A stretch of DNA of 41,723 nucleotides from a virus (Duplodnaviria; Caudoviricetes): IMG/VR virus record IMGVR_UViG_3300021560_000028, positions 1 to 41,723 of that record; one strand, given 5' to 3'. Numbering within the stretch: position 1 is the first letter of the stretch; each line of letters starts with the position of its first letter. Below the pieces are notes generated by a model. That model was given only the letters and a program-made list of their open reading frames with translations. It made no database searches and was not told the origin of the DNA. Below, piece by piece: positions 1-8,453 of the stretch. Both the position numbers and the translations under genes were made by a program.

Positions 1-207
1 CTCCAGTACACCAAAAATGGCGAGTACGTCGGGGATGACGAGTTCCAGCCTATCGAGCTATGCTCGGAATGTATAGACGCCGTCAAGGAATTCATGCCGA
101 ACGCATTCATCCTCCAGCACCACTCCGACCACCCAGTTGAGGAGATGGCGGTAGAATTGCCATTGCCTATGCGACGCCATTACGAGGACAGGACGGTAGA
201 AGGATGA
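1..207 (+). CDS. Partial hypothetical protein (5' truncated by window edge), CxxC motif
   Basis: Frame 1 is open from base 1 (LQYTKNG...LCSEC...RTVEG*) to TGA at 205-207, which overlaps an ATG at 204 (ATGA). Confidence 0.55.
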   Translation, partial: LQYTKNGEYVGDDEFQPIELCSECIDAVKEFMPNAFILQHHSDHPVEEMAVELPLPMRRHYEDRTVEG

Positions 208-242
208 CCAAGGAAATCCGCCGGTGGGCTGACAATGGCTAA
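204..242 (+). pseudogene. Orphaned original 5' end of thyX (MTKEIRRWAD-NG*), interrupted by the HNH gene
   Basis: ATG at 204 encodes MTKEIRRWAD, near-identical to the ThyX N-terminus MTGKEIRRYAD at 663. Confidence 0.7.
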
Positions 243-666
243 GACCAAAGCCCATACGAACTACAAGCCAGCCGAAAGGAATCTAGGACATTACCAACGA
301 ATGCAATGCGTAAAGAATCGCGGAAAAGCTAATGAGTATCTATGTGCCAAATGCGATAGGAAAGCCAAGGACTGGGCACACATACACGGCGAATCCGGCG
401 ACGATCCATGGGCCGACTTCGTACCGCTATGTAGGCGATGTCATATGCAGTATGACGGCCATAACCAGAAGGGAGGGAACTCATCAGAAGCCAGATCTGA
501 AAGAATGAAGGCGATCACAACAAACAACTGGAATGATCCAGAATACCGTCAACATATGTCTGATGCTCATTACGGACAAGAAATTTCGACCGAAACAAGA
601 GCTAAGATATCAGCGGCACTCAAAGGAAAGCCCTGGTCCGAGGCAAGAAGGAAGGCACAGAAATGA
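235..666 (+). CDS. HNH-type homing endonuclease with C-terminal NUMOD3-like DNA-binding motifs
   Basis: CAKC...WAHIHG...LCRRCH zinc/HNH core and C-terminal STETRAKISAALKGK motif. More AT-rich than thyX and flanked by a duplicated thyX start. Confidence 0.75.
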   Translation: MAKTKAHTNYKPAERNLGHYQRMQCVKNRGKANEYLCAKCDRKAKDWAHIHGESGDDPWADFVPLCRRCHMQYDGHNQKGGNSSEARSERMKAITTNNWNDPEYRQHMSDAHYGQEISTETRAKISAALKGKPWSEARRKAQK

Positions 667-1556
667 CCGGGAAAGAAATCAGACGTTATGCGGACGAGGC
701 GATGTACACGGCCGAACCGCTCTCAAGTTTCGGTGAGCCGGTACGCCCGAGCGTCGTGCTTATCAGCATGACCGCGAACCCGCTCCGGGTTATGTCGGCC
801 GCGAGCGAACTATACCGGGGAGGCGTATACGAGGATGCCGATGCAATCTCCCGTGATCAGGCACTCGAATGGCTCGACGGCTTCAAGAAGAGCAAGATTT
901 CTGCGCCGCTGGAGTTCATCAATCTCCACTTCTTCATCGACGGCGTGACGCGGGCCTTTACGCACCAGCTTGTCCGGCAGCGTACAGCCGTGTTCGTTCA
1001 GGAGTCCATGCGCTTCGCGGTCAAGGAAAACGCTGCCTGGGAAGTAGCCGAGCCGCCGAGCCTGGAGGGAAAGGCCGACGACCATCCCTGGCGCGTCATC
1101 TGGAATGATACCGTCGCTACCGTAGGCCGAGCGTACAACCAGCTCGTGAATGACGGGATGCCCGCCGAAGATGCGCGCGGCCTACTCCCGACGAACATCA
1201 CGACAAGAGTCCACTACCACACCGACCTCCGGAACCTAGTAGCCCAGTCAGGGAACCGGCTCTGCTCCCAGGCTCAGTCCGAATGGAAGTTGGTCTGGGC
1301 CGAAATGATCCGGGCCATCCTCAACTATGGGCCGCCCGAGGAAAGATGGCAGCAGGCGGCTATCGCGAAACTATTCAAGCCGATCTGCTACCAGACCGGC
1401 AGCTGCGGCTTCAACTCCCCGATCGACCGGTGGTGCGTCATCCGCGACCGTGTGAACGCACACTCGGCAGCCGGAGATCCCCCGGACACCTGGACCGACA
1501 TCAACCCGCTCGAACCCCTCCAGCATAACGCAGCTCGGAAGTCTCCGAATGTCTGA
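663..1556 (+). CDS. thyX: Flavin-dependent thymidylate synthase ThyX
   Basis: RAFTHQLVRQR-x7-SMRF (RHRx7S motif with H to Q), EDARGLLP, RLCSQAQSEW. Confidence 0.9.
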   Translation: MTGKEIRRYADEAMYTAEPLSSFGEPVRPSVVLISMTANPLRVMSAASELYRGGVYEDADAISRDQALEWLDGFKKSKISAPLEFINLHFFIDGVTRAFTHQLVRQRTAVFVQESMRFAVKENAAWEVAEPPSLEGKADDHPWRVIWNDTVATVGRAYNQLVNDGMPAEDARGLLPTNITTRVHYHTDLRNLVAQSGNRLCSQAQSEWKLVWAEMIRAILNYGPPEERWQQAAIAKLFKPICYQTGSCGFNSPIDRWCVIRDRVNAHSAAGDPPDTWTDINPLEPLQHNAARKSPNV

Positions 1557-1890
1557 CTGGACTAGCCACGAAGAAATGGAGCAAAACTACATGCCACCTG
1601 GACAAGACTTTGGCGATAGCCCGCACGACAAGAAACCCAACCCCGCGCCAGAGCCTACTACCGGCCCATTCGCCCCGATCGATGCCGATACGCCAAACTC
1701 TCACGTACACAAGTGGGAAACGCTCGACATCTGGCACCCCGTCTTCAGCAATCACCCTCAGCTCCGTACTCCGGCAGTGACTATCGTACTTGTGAGGTGC
1801 CGTGTCTGCGAAATCCCGCAAACCATCGAACTCAAGGGGACATGGACGCTCCAACAAATCCTACAGAAAGGAAAGGATCATGAGCAGTAG
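1549..1890 (+). CDS. Hypothetical protein (CxxC, Pro-rich N-terminus)
   Basis: Overlaps thyX stop and the next start in a tightly packed operon. Confidence 0.65.
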   Translation: MSDWTSHEEMEQNYMPPGQDFGDSPHDKKPNPAPEPTTGPFAPIDADTPNSHVHKWETLDIWHPVFSNHPQLRTPAVTIVLVRCRVCEIPQTIELKGTWTLQQILQKGKDHEQ

Positions 1891-2245
1891 ACAGGAACTG
1901 ACTCGCGACGCGGCATTCAAGTACCTTACGGACGTAGGTCTTGACCCAAACCTCGATGCCATCGAACAGCTCTCCGGCCCATTCACAGAAGCCCTAGCTA
2001 TCATCTGTAAGCGCGGCTACTTCCGACAGGAGGATGACGAAGACGCCAAGTTCTTCTGGATGAAACGCGGCTGGAAAGGACTCGTTCATGACATCATGGA
2101 CAACGCATTCCGGCTCCGGCTTTTCAGCTGGGAGCGCAACGAGTACTACGAGAACGGCGCAGTAGACCTTATCAACTTCGCGGGGTTCTACATGCGCTTG
2201 AAGAATCACGGCCCGAAGTGGGGCGAGATGGGGGACCCAGGGTGA
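1880..2245 (+). CDS. Hypothetical protein, possibly DUF1599/Nmad1-like (nucleotide-modification-associated, helical)
   Basis: ATG 1880 after AAAGGA. The pattern K-x-GY...GWKGL...D..FRL...DLINFA resembles DUF1599. Confidence 0.5.
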   Translation: MSSRQELTRDAAFKYLTDVGLDPNLDAIEQLSGPFTEALAIICKRGYFRQEDDEDAKFFWMKRGWKGLVHDIMDNAFRLRLFSWERNEYYENGAVDLINFAGFYMRLKNHGPKWGEMGDPG

Positions 2246-2790
2246 ACAAGAAAAACAACACAAGCGAAGGCTCTATCTGGGTCAAGAGCGAGCTATTGCC
2301 GGGCGGCTCGTACAACGTCACTCTGGACTTTACGCCGGACGACTCGATCACCCTTACCGACGAAGAGGCACTCCAGTACTCACTTGCGATACTGGAGGTT
2401 GCCCATATTGCCGAGTACGAGGCATCTATCCTCGCCCAGATGAAGGCAGCAGATATCAGCGAGACAACTGCTGCGCGGTTTATCGCGGACAACTTCCGGC
2501 CATACCGTCACCTACCGGATACCGGCACGCCGCTAGAGCTAATCCCCGGCATTAGTCAGCGGACCAAACAGCCATTCCTAGTAATCATCCTGCGCGGTGT
2601 CGAAGTCGGACAGTGGGACTTCAAGGATGCACGCGAACACGCCCAGGCAATCCTTGACGTCATCTGCGTAGCACGGCTCGACCAGGTTTACTACCACTCC
2701 CTGGCAGATCGCCTAGAGATGGCCGAGCCACAAGCCCGTACCATGGTCTCTCTGATCGGAAAGTTCAGGCCGAATGGAGTCATCTTATGA
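2242..2790 (+). CDS. Hypothetical protein; last sense codon is TTA overlapping the next ATG
   Basis: GTG 2242 overlaps the upstream TGA. Ends ATC TTA TGA. Confidence 0.7.
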   Translation: MNKKNNTSEGSIWVKSELLPGGSYNVTLDFTPDDSITLTDEEALQYSLAILEVAHIAEYEASILAQMKAADISETTAARFIADNFRPYRHLPDTGTPLELIPGISQRTKQPFLVIILRGVEVGQWDFKDAREHAQAILDVICVARLDQVYYHSLADRLEMAEPQARTMVSLIGKFRPNGVIL

Positions 2791-2921
2791 CTAGACGTAC
2801 GTACGACTGGCGCGATATACTAGTCTCGGGTATCATCCTAGCACTACTACTACTGCTATTGGTACTGTCAATAGCTTTGTCCGAACCGCCATATCATATA
2901 TCCGGAGGTGATCTATGGTGA
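2787..2921 (+). CDS. Small single-pass membrane protein (44 aa)
   Basis: MTRRTYDWRDILVSGIILALLLLLLVLSIALSEPPYHISGGDLW*. Fills the gap exactly with overlaps at both ends. Confidence 0.6.
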   Translation: MTRRTYDWRDILVSGIILALLLLLLVLSIALSEPPYHISGGDLW

Positions 2922-3862
2922 AGAACAAGATACGCTACGTATCACTTCACCACTTACACCATTCGACCTTCAGTCACGGTGATGGCCACAAGCTACCAGC
3001 TATCCACGTAGCGCGGGCTGTAGAGCTAGGCTATACCGCGCAAGCCCTTACAGAGCATGGCGGTACGTCTAGTCACTTCCAGTTCGAGCAGGCCGCCCTG
3101 AAGCTAGGGCTGAAGCCGATATTTGGGCTAGAGGCGTACTGCGGGCCGGTAGGCGAAAACCGTAGCCAATGGAAGTATCACCTCACGATCCTCGCGGAGA
3201 ACGCAAATGGATACCGAAACCTCAACCGCCTTGTCACACAGTCTTGGCGAGATCATCACTACCATCCGACAGTTTCTGGACAGAATCTGGTCGACAATCA
3301 CGAGAATCTTGTCGTACTTTCAGGATGCACTGGTAGCATGCTCGCATGCGCTCTTGTCGGAGGCAAGGGGATCGCCGATCCCACGTCTAGAGACGGTTAT
3401 GGATGGGATGACGCACGACGCGTCATCCGCCGTTTTGCCTCTCTATTTGGGGCCAATTACTACCTCGAAGTCCAGCCCTTCTACGAGCTTGAAAAGACCT
3501 GCCGCATCAATCCAGCTTACGAACGTCTCAGCCGGGAGACTGGAGTTCCACTTGTCGCAACGTGTGATGTCCACTACCCCAGACCAGCAGATTCTGAGAT
3601 GCAGGCTATACTCCACGCAGTACACCGAAAGAACCAATCCATAGACGACGCACTACGCGCCTGGAACTATGACGTCCCTATGACGTTCCCCGAGTCCGAC
3701 AAGCAACTCGGCGAACGCCTGATGAAGACCGGCCTATCCCGCGCCGCAGCATGGGAGGCTATCCTCAATACTGAGCGCATAGCCGAGCAATGTACGGTAA
3801 CCCTGCCAAAGGCAGAACGACTTACCTACCCAATCAAAGACTCCGACTGGGAGCCATGGTGA
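2915..3862 (+). CDS. dnaE: DNA polymerase III alpha (DnaE) N-terminal PHP-domain subunit; contains CAC-TTA-CAC candidate bypass site
   Basis: GGAGG SD. Motifs SLHH(LH)HSTFS.GDG, ALTEHG, KPIFGLEAY, HLTILA.N..GYRNL, LSGC, YYLEVQP, VATCDVHY. Confidence 0.9.
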   Translation: MVKNKIRYVSLHHLHHSTFSHGDGHKLPAIHVARAVELGYTAQALTEHGGTSSHFQFEQAALKLGLKPIFGLEAYCGPVGENRSQWKYHLTILAENANGYRNLNRLVTQSWRDHHYHPTVSGQNLVDNHENLVVLSGCTGSMLACALVGGKGIADPTSRDGYGWDDARRVIRRFASLFGANYYLEVQPFYELEKTCRINPAYERLSRETGVPLVATCDVHYPRPADSEMQAILHAVHRKNQSIDDALRAWNYDVPMTFPESDKQLGERLMKTGLSRAAAWEAILNTERIAEQCTVTLPKAERLTYPIKDSDWEPW

Positions 3863-4038
3863 AGCAGGACATCTACATCAGTCATGTCGTCGGCCTCTGT
3901 GCGATATGCGGTTTCTACATCATCGATACCGGCTACAGTGACGAGATGGATCATGAATTTCTTTTCAATGAGCTTTCCCTATACGGCCGGAATGACTGGT
4001 TCTTTAACGCATTCCATGGAAGCTGGGAAATTATATGA
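3856..4038 (+). CDS. Small hypothetical protein (60 aa, CxxC) between the two dnaE halves
   Basis: ATG 3856 overlaps the PHP stop, and its TGA overlaps the dnaE catalytic ATG (ATGA). Confidence 0.55.
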   Translation: MVKQDIYISHVVGLCAICGFYIIDTGYSDEMDHEFLFNELSLYGRNDWFFNAFHGSWEII

Positions 4039-6284
4039 GCGACTCTGATGATCTATTGTGGTACTGGCTTCGACAGGGCTGGAACTATCGCCGAATAGGC
4101 AGGCTACCGCAGGTCGAACAGGACTGGCACGGCGCGCGAATCCGCCGAGAGATGGATATGATCCTCGGCAAAGACCTAGCCGACTTCATGCTATTCACCT
4201 CCGACACGATCCGCTGGGCTAAGGACAATGATGTAGCGATAGGCCCCGGCCGGGGCAGCACCGCCGCGTCCGACGTAGCCTATATGACAAGGATCACCGA
4301 GATCAATCCATGGAAGTATCCGGGTATGATCTTTGAACGATTCCTTGACGTTACCCGACACGACCCGCCCGACATCGACGTCGACTGTTCTGACGAAGAA
4401 CGCTTCAAGGTCTATGACTACATCGCCTACAAGTACGGTGCGGAATGTGTCGGCCACATAGGCAACTTCGTCCGGTACCGTGCCAAGAATAGTCTTGCTG
4501 ACGTTTCGACTGTCTATCGCATACCGCTCTACGCAAAAGAAGCAGTAGCGAATCTAGCCATAGAGAGGTCGGGTGGCGACTCGCGAGCCGACGCTACGCT
4601 CGAAGACACTTTTGAGATGTTCCCGGCTGCGAAGGCAGTCCTTGATGAGTACCCTGACCTCGCAAAAGCAAGTCGCCTAGAGAGCGACGTACGCGGAATG
4701 TCCGTCCATGCTTGCGGCCTAATGGTAGCCAACTCTCCGCTCACCGACGTCTGCGCGGTATACGAGAAGGACGGAGAGCGTGTACTCTCAATCGACAAGT
4801 ATGACGCCGAGTATGTCGGCGTTCTCAAGCTAGACTTCCTGGGCCTATCGACTATGGGGATGATCTCTCGTTGTCTCCGGATGACCGGACTAACTCTGGA
4901 GGATCTATATGCCATACCGGATACTGATCCTAGAGCAATCGAGATATTCCGCTCTGGAGACGTCGTGGGAGTATTTCAGTTTGAAGGTAGAGCTACTCGG
5001 CTTGTCAACCGAGACGTTCATCCAGATCACTTCATGCATATCACGGACATCAATGCGCTATCGCGTCCTGGCCCTTTGTTTTCCGGACAGACCGCAGAGT
5101 ACATCGAAGTACGTCACGGTCGTAAACGAGCTACCCCTCTACACCCCATCGTGGATGAGATCACGAAGGACACCTACGGACAAATGATCTACCAGGAACA
5201 TATCCTCCGCTGTCTCAAAGAGGTAGGGGATCTGTCCTGGACGAACGTCCACCACATCCGGCGCATCATCGCGAAGAAAGCAGGCCAAGCCGCATTCCAG
5301 CAGAACTTCGATGAGTTCGCAGAGGGTGCGAAACGACTCCACAACATCGACCGGGAGATGGCCGAGAAGATCTGGAACCGGCTCGTAACCTCCGGCACTT
5401 ATGCCTTCAATATCGCGCACGCAGTATCCTACTCGATGCTAGCATTCTGGACGGCATGGCTAAAGGCAAACTATCCAGTCGAGTTCTACGCGGCGAGCCT
5501 GGCAAAAGCCACAGTAGCCGACACTCAGTTCCGTCTTATGCGTGACGCCCTAGCTCATAGCATAGACGTTAAGCCGCCATCACTACAGCTATCCCGCGCC
5601 ACCTGGCAAGCAGTGCCGAATGTCGGGCTAGTCGCCGGATGGCGTCAGATGCCAAAGGTCGGCCCGGCAATCGCAGAACGCATAGAGGCATTCGGTGGTC
5701 ACTATGGATTCGATGACTGGATTGAACTCAAGGCGATTCCCGGCCTAGGCGACAAGACTATCGCCCGTATGGAGGAGTGGACGCTAGCGAAAGACCCATT
5801 CGGGCTGTACCGGACGGAGAAGCGCCTATCGTCGGTCAGGCGATTCCTCAGGGGTCCGGGCAAGGGACTCGCTCCCCTCCCGACGCATAGCGGGGATCAG
5901 CTCGCCGCGATGACAGTAGACCAACATCATACCCACAAGATCTGGCGATTCGGTAAGCAAGTCATCTATATGGGGATGGTCAGAAAGGTCGAGTACAAAG
6001 ACATAGTCGAAGACGAACGGTCCCGTACCGGCAAGGAAGTGGAGGAGATCCTCAAGACCATCAAGCGCCCTGACCTCATCAAACGAGCTACCCTACACTG
6101 CTACGATGTAGGCGACGAAGAGGTATATGCTAGGGTCAACCGGTTCCGGTTCCCGACTATCCAGGGCAAGCTAGGGACAATCAAGATCAATCATGATGTA
6201 GTCATCATATCCGGCAACCGGATCTCCGGATTCGGCACGCCTATCACGGTAGATGAGATATGGGTTCTCGATCCTGATAATTGA
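4035..6284 (+). CDS. dnaE: DNA polymerase III alpha (DnaE) catalytic subunit (palm/fingers/HhH/OB)
   Basis: GPGRGS, FERFL, PDIDVD, KLDFLGL, GVFQFE, RPGP, IYQE, YAFNIAHA motifs. Confidence 0.95.
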   Translation: MSDSDDLLWYWLRQGWNYRRIGRLPQVEQDWHGARIRREMDMILGKDLADFMLFTSDTIRWAKDNDVAIGPGRGSTAASDVAYMTRITEINPWKYPGMIFERFLDVTRHDPPDIDVDCSDEERFKVYDYIAYKYGAECVGHIGNFVRYRAKNSLADVSTVYRIPLYAKEAVANLAIERSGGDSRADATLEDTFEMFPAAKAVLDEYPDLAKASRLESDVRGMSVHACGLMVANSPLTDVCAVYEKDGERVLSIDKYDAEYVGVLKLDFLGLSTMGMISRCLRMTGLTLEDLYAIPDTDPRAIEIFRSGDVVGVFQFEGRATRLVNRDVHPDHFMHITDINALSRPGPLFSGQTAEYIEVRHGRKRATPLHPIVDEITKDTYGQMIYQEHILRCLKEVGDLSWTNVHHIRRIIAKKAGQAAFQQNFDEFAEGAKRLHNIDREMAEKIWNRLVTSGTYAFNIAHAVSYSMLAFWTAWLKANYPVEFYAASLAKATVADTQFRLMRDALAHSIDVKPPSLQLSRATWQAVPNVGLVAGWRQMPKVGPAIAERIEAFGGHYGFDDWIELKAIPGLGDKTIARMEEWTLAKDPFGLYRTEKRLSSVRRFLRGPGKGLAPLPTHSGDQLAAMTVDQHHTHKIWRFGKQVIYMGMVRKVEYKDIVEDERSRTGKEVEEILKTIKRPDLIKRATLHCYDVGDEEVYARVNRFRFPTIQGKLGTIKINHDVVIISGNRISGFGTPITVDEIWVLDPDN

Positions 6285-6295
6285 TGGAGGTAACC

Positions 6296-6526
6296 ATGAC
6301 ACCGCAAGAGAATGTAGATCTCAAGATAGTCGTCAGGAATGCTGATGACATGGATGAATGGAACTTCAGAAAACATATGTCCGTTAGGCATAGCGAATCT
6401 CTCGCCGGACAGTACACTCTACCACCATTCGCCAGCGACTACGTTGAAGAGTGCTATCGCACATTCCACGACACCATACACCGGCTAAGCCTGTACGGCG
6501 AAGTTGATCACGAACATGGGAAGTGA
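6296..6526 (+). CDS. Hypothetical protein (His-rich)
   Basis: GGAGG SD 5 nt before ATG 6296, in operon position. Confidence 0.6.
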   Translation: MTPQENVDLKIVVRNADDMDEWNFRKHMSVRHSESLAGQYTLPPFASDYVEECYRTFHDTIHRLSLYGEVDHEHGK

Positions 6527-6527
6527 T

Positions 6528-7139
6528 ATGACAACCTCAGTCACTATCGGGTACGTCCACAACGATCACGTCCACGCCGGGTTTATGCACTCGCTGGTGA
6601 ACCTCATCCGGTACATGAGTATCGACACCCTTGACTACTGGTCGAGCGCTAACATATCGACCGCGCGGAACAAACTAGTCGAGCAGTTCCTAGAGTCTGG
6701 TAACAAGTGGCTATATATGGCCGATACCGATACCGTCTTCAACCGGAATACGATCGAGCGCCTACTCAAGCGTAACGAGGCGATCATAGGCGGACTCGTT
6801 CATATCAATGACCTCCCGAAGTACCCGTCGATGTTCCGGCGTGAGCCTGATGACGAGAACGGGACGCCGGCATACCGGGCCATCACCGAGTATGAACAAG
6901 GCGAGGTTGTTGACGTGGACGCGACCGGCGCGGGCTGCCTCCTAGTCCACCGGCAGGTGTTCCTAGACATCCAGGAGAAGCTGCCCAATAAGGCCGCCCA
7001 GTGGTTCCAGGAGATCCCGATGGGCGAATATCTTGCCGGTGAGGATGTCACCTTCTGTATTCGAGCGATCAGCCTAGGATACAATATCTGCGTCGACACC
7101 TCGGTCAACATCGGCCACCTCAAGACTCACATCATCTAG
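6528..7139 (+). CDS. GT-A fold (family 2-like) glycosyltransferase
   Basis: ARNKLV, WLYMADTD (DxD), ATGAGCLLVHR, GEDVTFC, IGH motifs. Start may be 6516 instead. Confidence 0.8.
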   Translation: MTTSVTIGYVHNDHVHAGFMHSLVNLIRYMSIDTLDYWSSANISTARNKLVEQFLESGNKWLYMADTDTVFNRNTIERLLKRNEAIIGGLVHINDLPKYPSMFRREPDDENGTPAYRAITEYEQGEVVDVDATGAGCLLVHRQVFLDIQEKLPNKAAQWFQEIPMGEYLAGEDVTFCIRAISLGYNICVDTSVNIGHLKTHII

Positions 7140-7349
7140 GAGTCGACTACGGTCGACTATGTCTAAACCATACCCCTCGGCCCTACCGGCTCCGAACCGG
7201 CCCGAAAGACAGACTCCTTGCCGGCCCGGAGCCGAACGGAGCGGGCCTATCTCCCCCTCCCGGGACTCTCGGGTACGGCTAGGCTCGATAGGCTCTTAGA
7301 ATCGATCCTAGAGCCGCGTAGCTATACGTCGCTCTACGTAACCGGCCGA

Positions 7350-7637
7350 CTACGTACCAGTAAGGCCGGTATAGGCCTGGTTCTCTTGCGGGTTCGCTAG
7401 CAGGTAGTCGGTACTGATAGATGTAGCGGCAGTAGGGACACCTGCACTAGACACTATTGGCTCGATGACGTTGCTAGTAGTGCCAAGTCCGAAGGCAATA
7501 ATCATCTGAGTCATGCCAGGATTCGGCGCAGTTGATCCCCAGATGACATACCAGCCACTACCGCTTATGAGCGCCGAGTACGTCGCAGGCACCGCAGGCT
7601 TGGCCAATGGTGTTACTTCTGGCGATCTCTCTGTCAT
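7350..7637 (-). CDS. Hypothetical protein
   Basis: ATGA overlap with the methyltransferase stop; last gene of the late operon. Confidence 0.6.
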   Translation of the reverse strand: MTERSPEVTPLAKPAVPATYSALISGSGWYVIWGSTAPNPGMTQMIIAFGLGTTSNVIEPIVSSAGVPTAATSISTDYLLANPQENQAYTGLTGT

Positions 7638-8239
7638 GGGCCCGGCTCCTTCACTAGCGGATCATGCGGTTCTTGCCGCCTGATCATCTGGTCGTATACG
7701 CCGGGGATACGCGGTTGCGGCTTCACCCATACGCCCCGAAATGGCGCCCGGTAGTAACACGGCCAGGCATACGGCTTATGCGCCGTGTAGGCCATCATCA
7801 ATACCGCGCCGGGACGCATCGCGCGCTGAACCGAAGACTCCCAGGCTGACTCGAACTCGTCATCCTTGAACGGTCGCGCGGTATACACGATATCATACTC
7901 GGCCCACGGCGGCGAGTCCGTCCGCAGGTCCATGTACCGGGCATCGACCTCTATGGCGAGTGCCTTGGCTAGATAGTCTTCAGAGATCTCGTAGCCTACC
8001 GCCGTCAGGCCATGATACTTCTCGGCCAGGTATAGCTTTGTGCCGATACCGCATCCGGCTTCACAGAACGAGATCTCGTGCTGTCCTGGGAACATGTGGA
8101 TAGCGACAGTAAGCATCCTGTCGAACTCACGCAGTTCAAGAGGACTCCACCGCCACATCTCAGGGTCGGGGTCCGTCGTCTCCCGTTCCTTGTATAGCTG
8201 TTCCAGTTCCAGGTCCCACAGTTGTTGCTGGCTTAGCAC
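7634..8239 (-). CDS. Class I SAM-dependent methyltransferase
   Basis: Motif I FCEAGCGIG, then VGYEIS, DIVY, MRPGA. GTG 8239 is preceded by GGAGGGAGG. Confidence 0.8.
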   Translation of the reverse strand: MLSQQQLWDLELEQLYKERETTDPDPEMWRWSPLELREFDRMLTVAIHMFPGQHEISFCEAGCGIGTKLYLAEKYHGLTAVGYEISEDYLAKALAIEVDARYMDLRTDSPPWAEYDIVYTARPFKDDEFESAWESSVQRAMRPGAVLMMAYTAHKPYAWPCYYRAPFRGVWVKPQPRIPGVYDQMIRRQEPHDPLVKEPGP

Positions 8240-8453
8240 GACGCCTCCCTCCGGTGAATGCGCGCGGACCGATAATCTCAGCACCGAACGCAATGAATGC
8301 TGCGATGATGACACAGTCAAGGATTGATTCCTTGCTGAGACTCTTGACGACATCTGTGGCGACTACGTTGATGATCAGCGCGGCTATGAACACCGACAGT
8401 ATTCGCCACAGATGCCAGACGAGTGCTCGGGCTAGGTTACCGGCGCGGTCCAT
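8160..8453 (-). CDS. Two-TM membrane protein, candidate holin
   Basis: Two hydrophobic segments and a basic C-tail, immediately downstream of the endolysin. Confidence 0.55.
   Translation of the reverse strand: MDRAGNLARALVWHLWRILSVFIAALIINVVATDVVKSLSKESILDCVIIAAFIAFGAEIIGPRAFTGGRRRAKPATTVGPGTGTAIQGTGDDGPRP

Noticed and set aside
3862-4035. Intron or split intein in dnaE
   Set aside because: No intein terminal residues and no recognisable group I core; the gap holds a coupled ORF.
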